Shown: in pieces, positions 25,226 to 32,000 of the stretch | How positions within the stretch are numbered: the stretch's first letter is position 1 | Layout: the number at the start of each line of letters is the position of its first letter | Source: Nostoc punctiforme PCC 73102 | GTDB taxonomy: Bacteria > Cyanobacteriota > Cyanobacteriia > Cyanobacteriales > Nostocaceae | Reading direction: 5' to 3' | Assembly (NCBI RefSeq): GCF_000020025.1 | Contig: NC_010628.1 | Location: 2,820,001-2,852,000 of the forward strand | Length of the DNA: 32,000 nt | Program-made: the position numbers and the translations under genes | Notes under the pieces: model-generated | What the model was told of the DNA's origin: nothing | The model's input: only the letters and a program-made list of their open reading frames with translations | Databases searched by the model: none

Positions 25226-25881
25226 TAAATTTTAGCTAGACGTTGTTCTTTCAAGTAAGTAAATACAGATTTATCTCCAATATCCGCAGGAATTGCTTGT
25301 ACTGTCTTTCGCAAAGCAAATACCAAAAACAACGTTGCCCAAATTCCTAATAAAACACTTTCCCCCTGAGTTGGTAAAATTCCCACCAAATGTCCTAATA
25401 ACAGCAGCGGTACTATTAGGGTTAATACTTTAGTTTCCAAGCGATTGAAGCAAAAAGCCTCTTTAAAATAAATCCCTGTCAAAGCAACGAAAATAAAACC
25501 AACCCCAAATAAGGTAAGAGGCTGATTGTAAACAGTCAGAGCTAAAGGTTGAGTACTAGAGATTGCCAGAATTACTGATGCCATACTACCGAGCGCCCAA
25601 AAAATTTGTAACATTCGATGCAGTGATGCTATGTAGATATGAATGGTAAATAAACTTACACCAAGAGCGAGACTAAAACAAGCATATAAAGGTGTAAGTG
25701 CAGTTACAACAGTCGGGTTATTGTTGAACAAAATCAAAGCGCTGCCTATAGCAAAGCTGACTGCTGCTACCATTAAGCCAGCGCGGTAGATCATTACGCC
25801 AGTGCGATCGCTCTGAGTAATTGTAAATTCCCCAAACTGACCTTGATAAACTTCTAGTGGAGGTAGTGTTTGCGTAGTCAT
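25225..25881 (-). CDS. conserved polytopic membrane protein (about 6 TM; possibly DUF2301-type, unverified)
   Basis: 218-aa hydrophobic ORF, translationally coupled to the DUF218 gene. Confidence 0.7.
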   Translation of the reverse strand: MTTQTLPPLEVYQGQFGEFTITQSDRTGVMIYRAGLMVAAVSFAIGSALILFNNNPTVVTALTPLYACFSLALGVSLFTIHIYIASLHRMLQIFWALGSMASVILAISSTQPLALTVYNQPLTLFGVGFIFVALTGIYFKEAFCFNRLETKVLTLIVPLLLLGHLVGILPTQGESVLLGIWATLFLVFALRKTVQAIPADIGDKSVFTYLKEQRLAKI

Positions 25882-26031
25882 AGTTAAAAATATTGTTACG
25901 ATTTACTAATAGAGTACAATGGTAAATTGGTGAAGGGTTAGCTTTATTATCGATAATAAGACGAACTTCGTGTCACAATCGCTAAAATTTAAGCAATTTT
26001 TGTCGTATTAGTATAGCTAAAAGTGAGATGA

Positions 26032-26097
26032 GCGATCGCATTACAGAATACTTTCCACTTAAGTCGATAGCGATCGCAATTAGACAAAGTGTATAAT
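26032..26097 (+). promoter_or_regulatory. Conserved upstream control element, copy 1: HIP1 - 30 nt - HIP1 - 14 nt - TATAAT
   Basis: gcgatcgcattacagaatactttccacttaagtcgatagcgatcgcaattagacaaagtgTATAAT is nearly identical, with identical spacing, to 28251-28316 upstream of the paralogous gene. Confidence 0.5.
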
Positions 26098-26138
26098 TCG
26101 TTTCAAAAATACGCCTTGTGAGTCTAAGGTAGGGTGAG

Positions 26139-28202
26139 ATGAGCGATCGCATAATTGGGCGCAAGAAATCAGCCGCATCAACTTTTACGAATCCGTCGCT
26201 TGCCTCACCAGGTATTCCGACACTAGCGAACCCAATACACGGCTTTGGTTCACAAATCAATACTGCCCCGCTCCAAACAGTAACTGAAGTAGCCCCAGAG
26301 CTTCAAGAGGCACAGTCTGCTGATGGGCAATTATTAGAACCAGAAGCGATCAAAGAAAAACCCCTTAGTCACGACATAAGTCGCATATCATTACGTCGTC
26401 CACAGCCAAAACTTACCGTTGGTCAGCCTGGAGACAAATACGAACAAGAAGCGGAGATGAATGCTCAGGCATTTACGCACAAGCAAGATGTTTACTTTGA
26501 TGCGGGGAAGGCTCCTACCCATAAATTGACTCATTTGGTGCAGCAAACTGGTGATGCAGCAAGCCATAAGGTTATTCAGCGCTATCAGGCAGGGGAATCA
26601 GGACATGGCTCAATAGAGAAAAAAGGCTTGATATTAGCTGGCTTCACTGCCGACGAAGCAGCAGAGGCTTATCTAGGTAATTGGATGCGTGATTTATCAC
26701 AACTCGGCCCAGATATGTTTCCTTTGGTGGAACTGCTGGGAATGGGGGAATTTGGCAAGCCAATCGACCAGAGTAAACTGGGAACCTATGTTCCTTCAGA
26801 ACACATGGATAATCCCGACGGAGGTAATACCGTTGAAGATCCGACTTCAACAACCACCGCAAAGGATGTTGATGCTCGTAATGAAAATAAAAAGCAACTA
26901 TCCGAATCCCAAAAGAAAGACCAAGAAGCAGCTGATGCAGCCTATGCCGAGATCAAAGCTGCCGCAGCAAAGAATCGTCTGCCAGCTTATATTGAGCGCG
27001 GCAAGTTTATGGCTAAGAGAAAATTGGTAGAGGCAATCAAAAAAGGTGATACATCAGAGGGACGGGAGGAGATGAGTAGTGCTTTACATGCTATAGAAGA
27101 TTATTTTTCTCATACCAACTTTACTGAAGCAGCCATCTGGGTACTGGCGAAGGAAAACCCAGCTAAATATAAGCCTCTGATGGCTAAGATGTCCCAGACA
27201 ACTTTAGGGATAGGTACAGCAACGGTGGGTGGATTAGATAAAAAAGGACTACCCCAAATTATCAGTGGCACTTATGTTGCAGGTGCTAACAACATGGTTA
27301 GTAAAATTGAATTACTCAAAACCGAACTAGAGAGTGGGGCTTTAACTGTAGCCTTAGTAAAAGGCTTGATGATGAAAGGAGGCATTACAGCAGATGTTCT
27401 TGCCAATAAGTTAGGTGAGAAGATGGGAGTTAAACCAATCTTCCGTACTGTTGAAGGTGGGATAGGTGCAGTAGTGGGTGGTGTAGAAGGAGCAGTTAAA
27501 GGTACTGCTAGCGGTGCGAGAACAGGCGGGGCGGCAGGTCGGAAAATCGGCGGGCTTTTTGGTACTCTTGGCGAAGTTGTGGGTGAAGAAATTGGCGAGC
27601 AAGTTGGTGGTGTAGTTGGCGGTGTATCCGGTGGTGTATCCGGTGCTAGAGCAGGCAAAGCCGCAGGTGAAGAAATGGGCGAACAGGATGCCGAAGCCAT
27701 TCTTAAAGCAGCTGGCTTTGCGATTAAAGGTGGTATGGTTGTAATTACGGCCGGGACTATGGCTACCTTACTTACACTCTTCCCAGTAATTGCAGCGGAT
27801 TTGGCAGCAGTTGTCAGTGTGGCGAAAAGTAAATTAGGACAAAAACTATTAGATGCTTATGCTGAGAAAAAAGTGGCGGAGTCCACTAAAGAGGCGAAAG
27901 CCAAAGGTTTGACTGGCCCCACTCACTCAGAGCTTGCCAAGGATGCTCCCGACCACCCGCTCTTTGATGCTTCTGCCTCGCTAGCTGTGGAGGCGGTGAA
28001 AGGAGTTGGTGTTGCCATGAAGGTAGCGTGGGCACAGAATAAGACGAATCCTCCATCGACAGAACCTGTTGGCACAGAGGCAGTTACGAACCAGGTTGAT
28101 AAATATGTCTGCGCTTTAGATGGTGATGGGTGGTGGCGACCCATTATCGAGAAACAAGCAACGGCGGCTGGGATTACTACTTCTGGTGGTGCAGACAATT
28201 AA
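26139..28202 (+). CDS. DUF4157-leader protein with truncated/degenerate peptidase motif, HET-C-like domain, glycine-zipper region and TM segment
   Basis: The leader PLSHDISRISLRRPQPKLTVGQPGDKYEQEAE is of the DUF4157 type. HKLTHLVQQTG replaces HELTHVVQQTG. HET-C-like motifs: GESGHGSIE, YLGNWMRDLSQL, LGTYVPSEHMDNPDGG and HAIEDYFSHTNFTEAAI. Gly-rich repeats lie at 27451-27693, and a hydrophobic segment GGMVVITAGTMATLLTLFPVIAADLAAVV follows. Confidence 0.8.
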   Translation: MSDRIIGRKKSAASTFTNPSLASPGIPTLANPIHGFGSQINTAPLQTVTEVAPELQEAQSADGQLLEPEAIKEKPLSHDISRISLRRPQPKLTVGQPGDKYEQEAEMNAQAFTHKQDVYFDAGKAPTHKLTHLVQQTGDAASHKVIQRYQAGESGHGSIEKKGLILAGFTADEAAEAYLGNWMRDLSQLGPDMFPLVELLGMGEFGKPIDQSKLGTYVPSEHMDNPDGGNTVEDPTSTTTAKDVDARNENKKQLSESQKKDQEAADAAYAEIKAAAAKNRLPAYIERGKFMAKRKLVEAIKKGDTSEGREEMSSALHAIEDYFSHTNFTEAAIWVLAKENPAKYKPLMAKMSQTTLGIGTATVGGLDKKGLPQIISGTYVAGANNMVSKIELLKTELESGALTVALVKGLMMKGGITADVLANKLGEKMGVKPIFRTVEGGIGAVVGGVEGAVKGTASGARTGGAAGRKIGGLFGTLGEVVGEEIGEQVGGVVGGVSGGVSGARAGKAAGEEMGEQDAEAILKAAGFAIKGGMVVITAGTMATLLTLFPVIAADLAAVVSVAKSKLGQKLLDAYAEKKVAESTKEAKAKGLTGPTHSELAKDAPDHPLFDASASLAVEAVKGVGVAMKVAWAQNKTNPPSTEPVGTEAVTNQVDKYVCALDGDGWWRPIIEKQATAAGITTSGGADN

Positions 28203-28250
28203 TAATGTTCCAACTCGTTTTAGGGTGAATTTATAGCTTTAGTAAAATGT

Positions 28251-28316
28251 GCGATCGCATTACAAAATAATTTCCACTTAAGTCCATAGCGATCGCAATT
28301 AGATAAATTTTATGAT
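28251..28316 (+). promoter_or_regulatory. Conserved upstream control element, copy 2: HIP1 - 30 nt - HIP1 - 14 nt - TATGAT
   Basis: gcgatcgcattacaaaataatttccacttaagtccatagcgatcgcaattagataaattttatgat parallels 26032-26097. Confidence 0.5.
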
Positions 28317-28365
28317 GTGTGTTATCAATATGCCTTGGTTGAGCCATAAATGAAGGAAGGGTGAT

Positions 28366-30339
28366 ATGAGCAATGACGGACAACAAGCTTCTGGGCATCT
28401 ACGCATAGTTCAGCACCAAAAAGCAGGTATATCCACTGTTCTAAATCCGTCCCTTACCTCATCAACTATTCCCACGCTGGCTTCTCCAATGCGTGGCTTT
28501 GGTTTACAAACAAATAATCCTCCAATTCAAAGACTAACTGAGGCATCAACTGAGCTTCAAGAAGTGCAGTCTGCTGATGAGCAATTTTTGGAACCAGAAG
28601 CCGTCAAACAACAGCCCCTTAGTCATGATATTAGTCGCATATCTTTGCATCGTCCCCAGGCAAAACTCACCGTTGGTGCGCCAGACGACCATTATGAGCA
28701 GGAAGCCGATCGAGTTGCCGATCGGATTATGCGAATGGCTGAACCAGAGCCAATAGGTTTACAGAATACACAGACTCAAGACCAAGTGCAAACTAAGCCT
28801 CTAGCCTCTGCCATAACTCCTTTAGTGCAACGGGAGGCAATGCCAGAAGAGGAAGAGGAACTACAAACGAAACTTATTAATGCACCTATCCAAAGAGAGA
28901 TTTTACCAGAAGAAGAATTACAAACTAAGCGATCGCTACAACTCGCTACCAATGACAGCTTCCAAACTGGGGACAACTTTGAGAGTCGCCTAAACAGCAG
29001 TGAAGGTGGAGGAAGCCCGTTACCAGATACAGTGCGTTCTTTCATGGAACCACGTTTTGGTACAGATTTTAGTCAAGTACGCGTACATACAGGTACTCAA
29101 GCGGTACAAATGAATCAGGATTTAAATGCCCAGGCATTTACGCACCAGCAAAACATTTTCTTTGGTGCGGGTAAGTCACCAGGTAATGATGCATTAACCG
29201 CCCATGAACTGACTCATGTGGTGCAGCAGACAGGAACAGCCCAGAGAAAATTGATTCAACGGGCAATTAACCCCACATACGACCTGACACACGGAATTTT
29301 TGAAGTAAATGCCACACCCAACGGCGCGAGTCTACCGATTACTATTCGTTTTAAACCCAAAACCACTGCTCCCTACTCTAACCAGATTGGACTGATTCAG
29401 ATTGTCCGTCTGACAAATGCTACAGGTACAAATGTCGAACCTCAGTCTTTACCTGCTGCTAGTGGTGCTAGCCTCCGTACCACTGCTGATGCAACCACGG
29501 GAGTTGAAGGCGGATATTTCACTGATGCGCTGCATAATGATGCACCTGCTCATGGTGGTACAGGAACCAATGCCCCAGCCGGAAGTGCATTACCTGCCCA
29601 GTACCCCTTTGGCAACGACCCAGCCCAACCCAATCCCGCAACCCCTGGACTTTCACGGCCCTCTTCTAGTGGTGCAAGCGGAGCCACTATTGGTTACAAA
29701 CGCTCCGATGACCCCACTGATATCAAAGCAGCAGAACTAACCGATGCTCCCGGAGGGGCTGGTGAGTTCAACTTCGACTTTCAGACGGTGGCTAAAGGAG
29801 AAGACACCATGACAACTTACGGAGCGCTTCATTGGGGCTTCCAAATCCGTGCTGGCAAAGTTGAGAACGATCGTGCATCAGCACAAGATGGTCAATCCGC
29901 CACCTTTGATGCAGCTTTGCAGAAGCACCAGGATTTTTACGTACATGAACCAGTCATTTTTTACTTTGATTTCGACAGCGACCAACTGAGTTCCAGCGAA
30001 ACAGGCAAGATTGATACATTCTTAGACTACCTGCGGCGATTCCCTGATGTCAAAGTAACTCCTGAAGGCTTTGCTGACAGGCGTGGCGGTGCATCTGGGC
30101 ACAACCTGGATCTATCTTTACGCAGAGCGCAGGCAGTGGGAGCAGCCCTGCGTGCTAAGGGTGTAGCTGAAGCTCAAATTAGTGCTGTTACTATCGGCTC
30201 TGGTTCAACCGAAGACTTTACCCCTGATGCCACTACTAACCAAGATACAGAAGCAAATCGCCGGGGTAATCGCCGAGTCGTCTTGAGCTTTGAGCATGTG
30301 CCAGCAGCAGCTCCAGCAGGGGGAGGAGGGACACCGTGA
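28366..30339 (+). CDS. DUF4157 zinc-metallopeptidase-like protein with an unassigned central domain and a C-terminal OmpA-like peptidoglycan-binding domain
   Basis: KLTVGAPDDHYEQEADRVADRIM, LPDTVRSFMEPRFGTDFSQVRVHTG and NAQAFTHQQNIFFG...LTAHELTHVVQQTG give a full DUF4157 with HExxH. The C-terminus FYFDFDSDQLS...GFADRRGG...NLDLSLRRAQAV...NRRGNRRVVLSF is the OmpA_C pattern. Confidence 0.85.
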   Translation: MSNDGQQASGHLRIVQHQKAGISTVLNPSLTSSTIPTLASPMRGFGLQTNNPPIQRLTEASTELQEVQSADEQFLEPEAVKQQPLSHDISRISLHRPQAKLTVGAPDDHYEQEADRVADRIMRMAEPEPIGLQNTQTQDQVQTKPLASAITPLVQREAMPEEEEELQTKLINAPIQREILPEEELQTKRSLQLATNDSFQTGDNFESRLNSSEGGGSPLPDTVRSFMEPRFGTDFSQVRVHTGTQAVQMNQDLNAQAFTHQQNIFFGAGKSPGNDALTAHELTHVVQQTGTAQRKLIQRAINPTYDLTHGIFEVNATPNGASLPITIRFKPKTTAPYSNQIGLIQIVRLTNATGTNVEPQSLPAASGASLRTTADATTGVEGGYFTDALHNDAPAHGGTGTNAPAGSALPAQYPFGNDPAQPNPATPGLSRPSSSGASGATIGYKRSDDPTDIKAAELTDAPGGAGEFNFDFQTVAKGEDTMTTYGALHWGFQIRAGKVENDRASAQDGQSATFDAALQKHQDFYVHEPVIFYFDFDSDQLSSSETGKIDTFLDYLRRFPDVKVTPEGFADRRGGASGHNLDLSLRRAQAVGAALRAKGVAEAQISAVTIGSGSTEDFTPDATTNQDTEANRRGNRRVVLSFEHVPAAAPAGGGGTP

Positions 30340-31013
30340 TCTTGAGAACGATAGGAATATTCGTGATAGTTGTGATGCTGGCCATTGGAGGAAATTTGTA
30401 TATGAATAATCAAGACGCTACCGCGATACCTATGGAGCAGATCAAAGCACGTCTCTACTCCACAGATCAAGACACTAGCGCTTTAGCACTGGGTGAATTG
30501 ATCCGTTTAGGCAAAAAAGCTACCCCGGTTTTGTTGGAAGCTTTGACTAACCCCAACCCCCGTACCCGTCGGCTTGCAGCCGAGGGACTGAGCGAAATTG
30601 CCGATCCCGCTAGTGCCGATGCTTTGTTCCAAGCCACTCATGATACTAATCCAGAAGTGCGTGCCCGTGCTGCCACTGCCCTACACCAATTAGGAGATAA
30701 ACGGTCATTATCCGCTTTGGTCGCTACCCTTGATGATTACCCTGACATCCTGCACAATCCCTACACAGCTTCGATGTATCCTTTAATGCGGGGTGGAAAA
30801 GAAGTTTTACCTTTGGTAATTCCTCTTTTGCAAGCACCAAACGATCTCACTCGTGAGCGAGCTTTTTTGATTGTTAAGGCTGTAGTGAGTAAGCTACCCC
30901 AAGGGCAAGACTGGAATCAGTTGTGGCAGAGTTTGGGAAGTTATGATCCCGCAGGCCAAAAAGCAGAACGTGACAAGGCTGCTCAACAATGGCAGGAATG
31001 GTTGAGCAAATAA
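30336..31013 (+). CDS. membrane-anchored HEAT-repeat (PBS-lyase HEAT-like) protein
   Basis: The GTG start overlaps the upstream stop (GTGA at 30336-30339). TM anchor IGIFVIVVMLAIGG. Repeats: NPNPRTRRLAAEGLSEIADPASADAL and DTNPEVRARAATALHQLGDKRSLSAL. Confidence 0.75.
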   Translation: MILRTIGIFVIVVMLAIGGNLYMNNQDATAIPMEQIKARLYSTDQDTSALALGELIRLGKKATPVLLEALTNPNPRTRRLAAEGLSEIADPASADALFQATHDTNPEVRARAATALHQLGDKRSLSALVATLDDYPDILHNPYTASMYPLMRGGKEVLPLVIPLLQAPNDLTRERAFLIVKAVVSKLPQGQDWNQLWQSLGSYDPAGQKAERDKAAQQWQEWLSK

Positions 31014-31208
31014 TTGAATTATTCACAAAAAAACTAAGTATGTTACGAAACGTAAATAAGCTTAAAACCTTTACTAATGACCAATGACATAGACGCTTCT
31101 GCGGCTACTCTTCGAGTTCTCCGAAGGAGTACCCGCAGGGTAGGACAAATGACAGCCTTAGCCAGTTAGCTTTAATTTCGCCGATCTACTTACCCATTAG
31201 TAGCGGAG

Positions 31209-31745
31209 TTACCTAACCGTATTATCGAGTCCCCCTACAATTCTTGAACCCAAACAAAGCGCGATGGTGAGCGATGCTGCTGCTGCTAGCGCCGCTACCG
31301 TCCGAATGTGATTCCAGATTGTCCAGTTGGTCAGGTAGCTAGACCATAGGCTCGCCCCTTCAGTGCTGTCCGGCTCGACTTTCGCCAGGGCTTCGTTGAG
31401 CGGCACATTGAAAACTATTGTCACGCCTAATGTACCAACAAGGTAGAGCAAGCTGCCGAGAAGCAAGTAGGCGGCACCGGGTTGATGCCACTTTAATAGC
31501 GAGGAGATTAAAAGAAAGATACAAGCCACAGCCGTTCCCAAAAACGCTGTCATAAAAAATGGATTGATTACCGTGATATTGATGGATTGCATAGCAGCAA
31601 TGCCTTGCGGTGGTTTCAGCCGAGCAAGGGCGCTCATTACGAAGGTTGAGAAGCCGAAGAAGACTCCGGCTATTAGCCCGCAGCCCAGTACCGAGAAAAG
31701 CTTTAATGCGAAATAATATTGTTGATTTATCAAATGTTGCAGCAT
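31209..31745 (-). CDS. DUF1772 (anthrone-oxygenase-like) family membrane protein
   Basis: Four TM segments with GLIAGVFFGFSTFVMSAL, MTAFLGTA, VFNVPLN and WNHIRT, resembling DUF1772. The start is taken at ATG 31745; the maximal ORF starts at 31805. Composition is visibly more GC-rich than the neighbours. Confidence 0.7.
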   Translation of the reverse strand: MLQHLINQQYYFALKLFSVLGCGLIAGVFFGFSTFVMSALARLKPPQGIAAMQSINITVINPFFMTAFLGTAVACIFLLISSLLKWHQPGAAYLLLGSLLYLVGTLGVTIVFNVPLNEALAKVEPDSTEGASLWSSYLTNWTIWNHIRTVAALAAAASLTIALCLGSRIVGGLDNTVR

Positions 31746-31770
31746 CGCCTCACCGAAAAAATGGGTATGA

Positions 31771-31803
31771 AGCCCCGTCCTTCTGGGACGGCTTTTATTT
31801 TTC
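31771..31803 (+). terminator. GC-rich stem-loop followed by a T-run (intrinsic-terminator-like on the + strand) with no + strand gene upstream
   Basis: The stem is ccgtcc-ttctg-ggacgg, followed by cttttatttttc. It lies in the 5' leader (or N-terminal extension) of the minus-strand DUF1772 gene. Confidence 0.3.
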
Positions 31804-32000
31804 ATTCTCTCTAATTAAACGCTTGATTGCTGCCAATAGACTACAGCCCTACGAAGCCGCAATTTTAACAAGTTTCTCGGAAAAGATTATTAAATACGAG
31901 ATTAGCCCTATTCCTTAAAAGGAGAAGCTGCGATCGCTGTTGCATTTTGGGCATTTTAAAATAGCCTTTAAGAAAATCAATGCTCATAGAGTAAAATTAC

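Noticed and set aside
26028-26096. 22-codon mini-ORF (MSDRITEYFPLKSIAIAIRQSV) inside the conserved upstream element
   Set aside because: The equivalent frame in the second copy (28247 onward, MCDRITK) stops after 7 codons. Conservation is therefore at the DNA/RNA level, not in a peptide.
25982-26260. 92-aa minus-strand ORF across the start of gene A
   Set aside because: It overlaps the conserved upstream element and the 5' end of a well-supported gene, and has no motifs.
27272-27700. 142-aa Pro/Thr/Ala-rich ORF on the minus strand
   Set aside because: It is the antisense reading of the Gly-rich (GGN) repeat region of the 26139-28202 gene. It has no independent start context or motif support.
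31610-31918. 102-aa + strand ORF
   Set aside because: It is antisense to the DUF1772 membrane protein. The Arg/Ser-rich sequence is typical of the reverse reading of a GC-rich hydrophobic gene.
1-32000. Search by eye for tRNA, rRNA, tmRNA or RNase P-like sequences in all spacers
   Set aside because: No T-loop (GGTTCGAAT-type) or acceptor-stem pattern, and no rRNA-like conserved block, was recognised. This is a weak negative and should be confirmed with tRNAscan-SE and Infernal.

Overview
This looks like chromosomal DNA from a filamentous cyanobacterium (Nostocales type). It has very frequent GCGATCGC (HIP1) octamers, heptamer tandem repeats and hairpin repeats in the spacers, one decayed IS630-family element and one MITE-like element. 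I can support about 28 protein-coding genes or gene remnants. I found no rRNA, tRNA or CRISPR array by eye.

The window contains two candidate uncharacterised systems.

(1) 1.1-7.7 kb is a tight same-strand five-gene cluster of lipid-type enzymes: a ChoD-like GMC flavoprotein oxidoreductase, an alpha/beta hydrolase, an acetoacetate-decarboxylase-like protein, a small membrane protein and a patatin-like phospholipase. The oxidoreductase and the patatin protein carry the same extra C-terminal domain of about 190 aa.

(2) 26.0-31.0 kb holds two paralogous DUF4157-leader proteins with duplicated upstream control regions. One combines a degenerate peptidase, a HET-C-like domain and a glycine-zipper/TM region. 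The other combines an intact HExxH peptidase, an unassigned domain and an OmpA-like domain. A translationally coupled, membrane-anchored HEAT-repeat protein follows them.

Between these lie:
- a family-1 glycoside hydrolase interrupted by an apparently circularly permuted solute-binding-protein domain
- an SDR oxidoreductase
- the IS630 copy
- an AI-2E permease
- a mazEF-type pair
- a secreted protein made of three 61-aa repeats
- housekeeping genes: thrB, a SpoU/TrmJ-type methyltransferase, a class-A beta-lactamase-like hydrolase, dprA and a DUF1400-SGNH hydrolase

All family calls come from recognising motifs by eye in the supplied translations. None comes from a database search.
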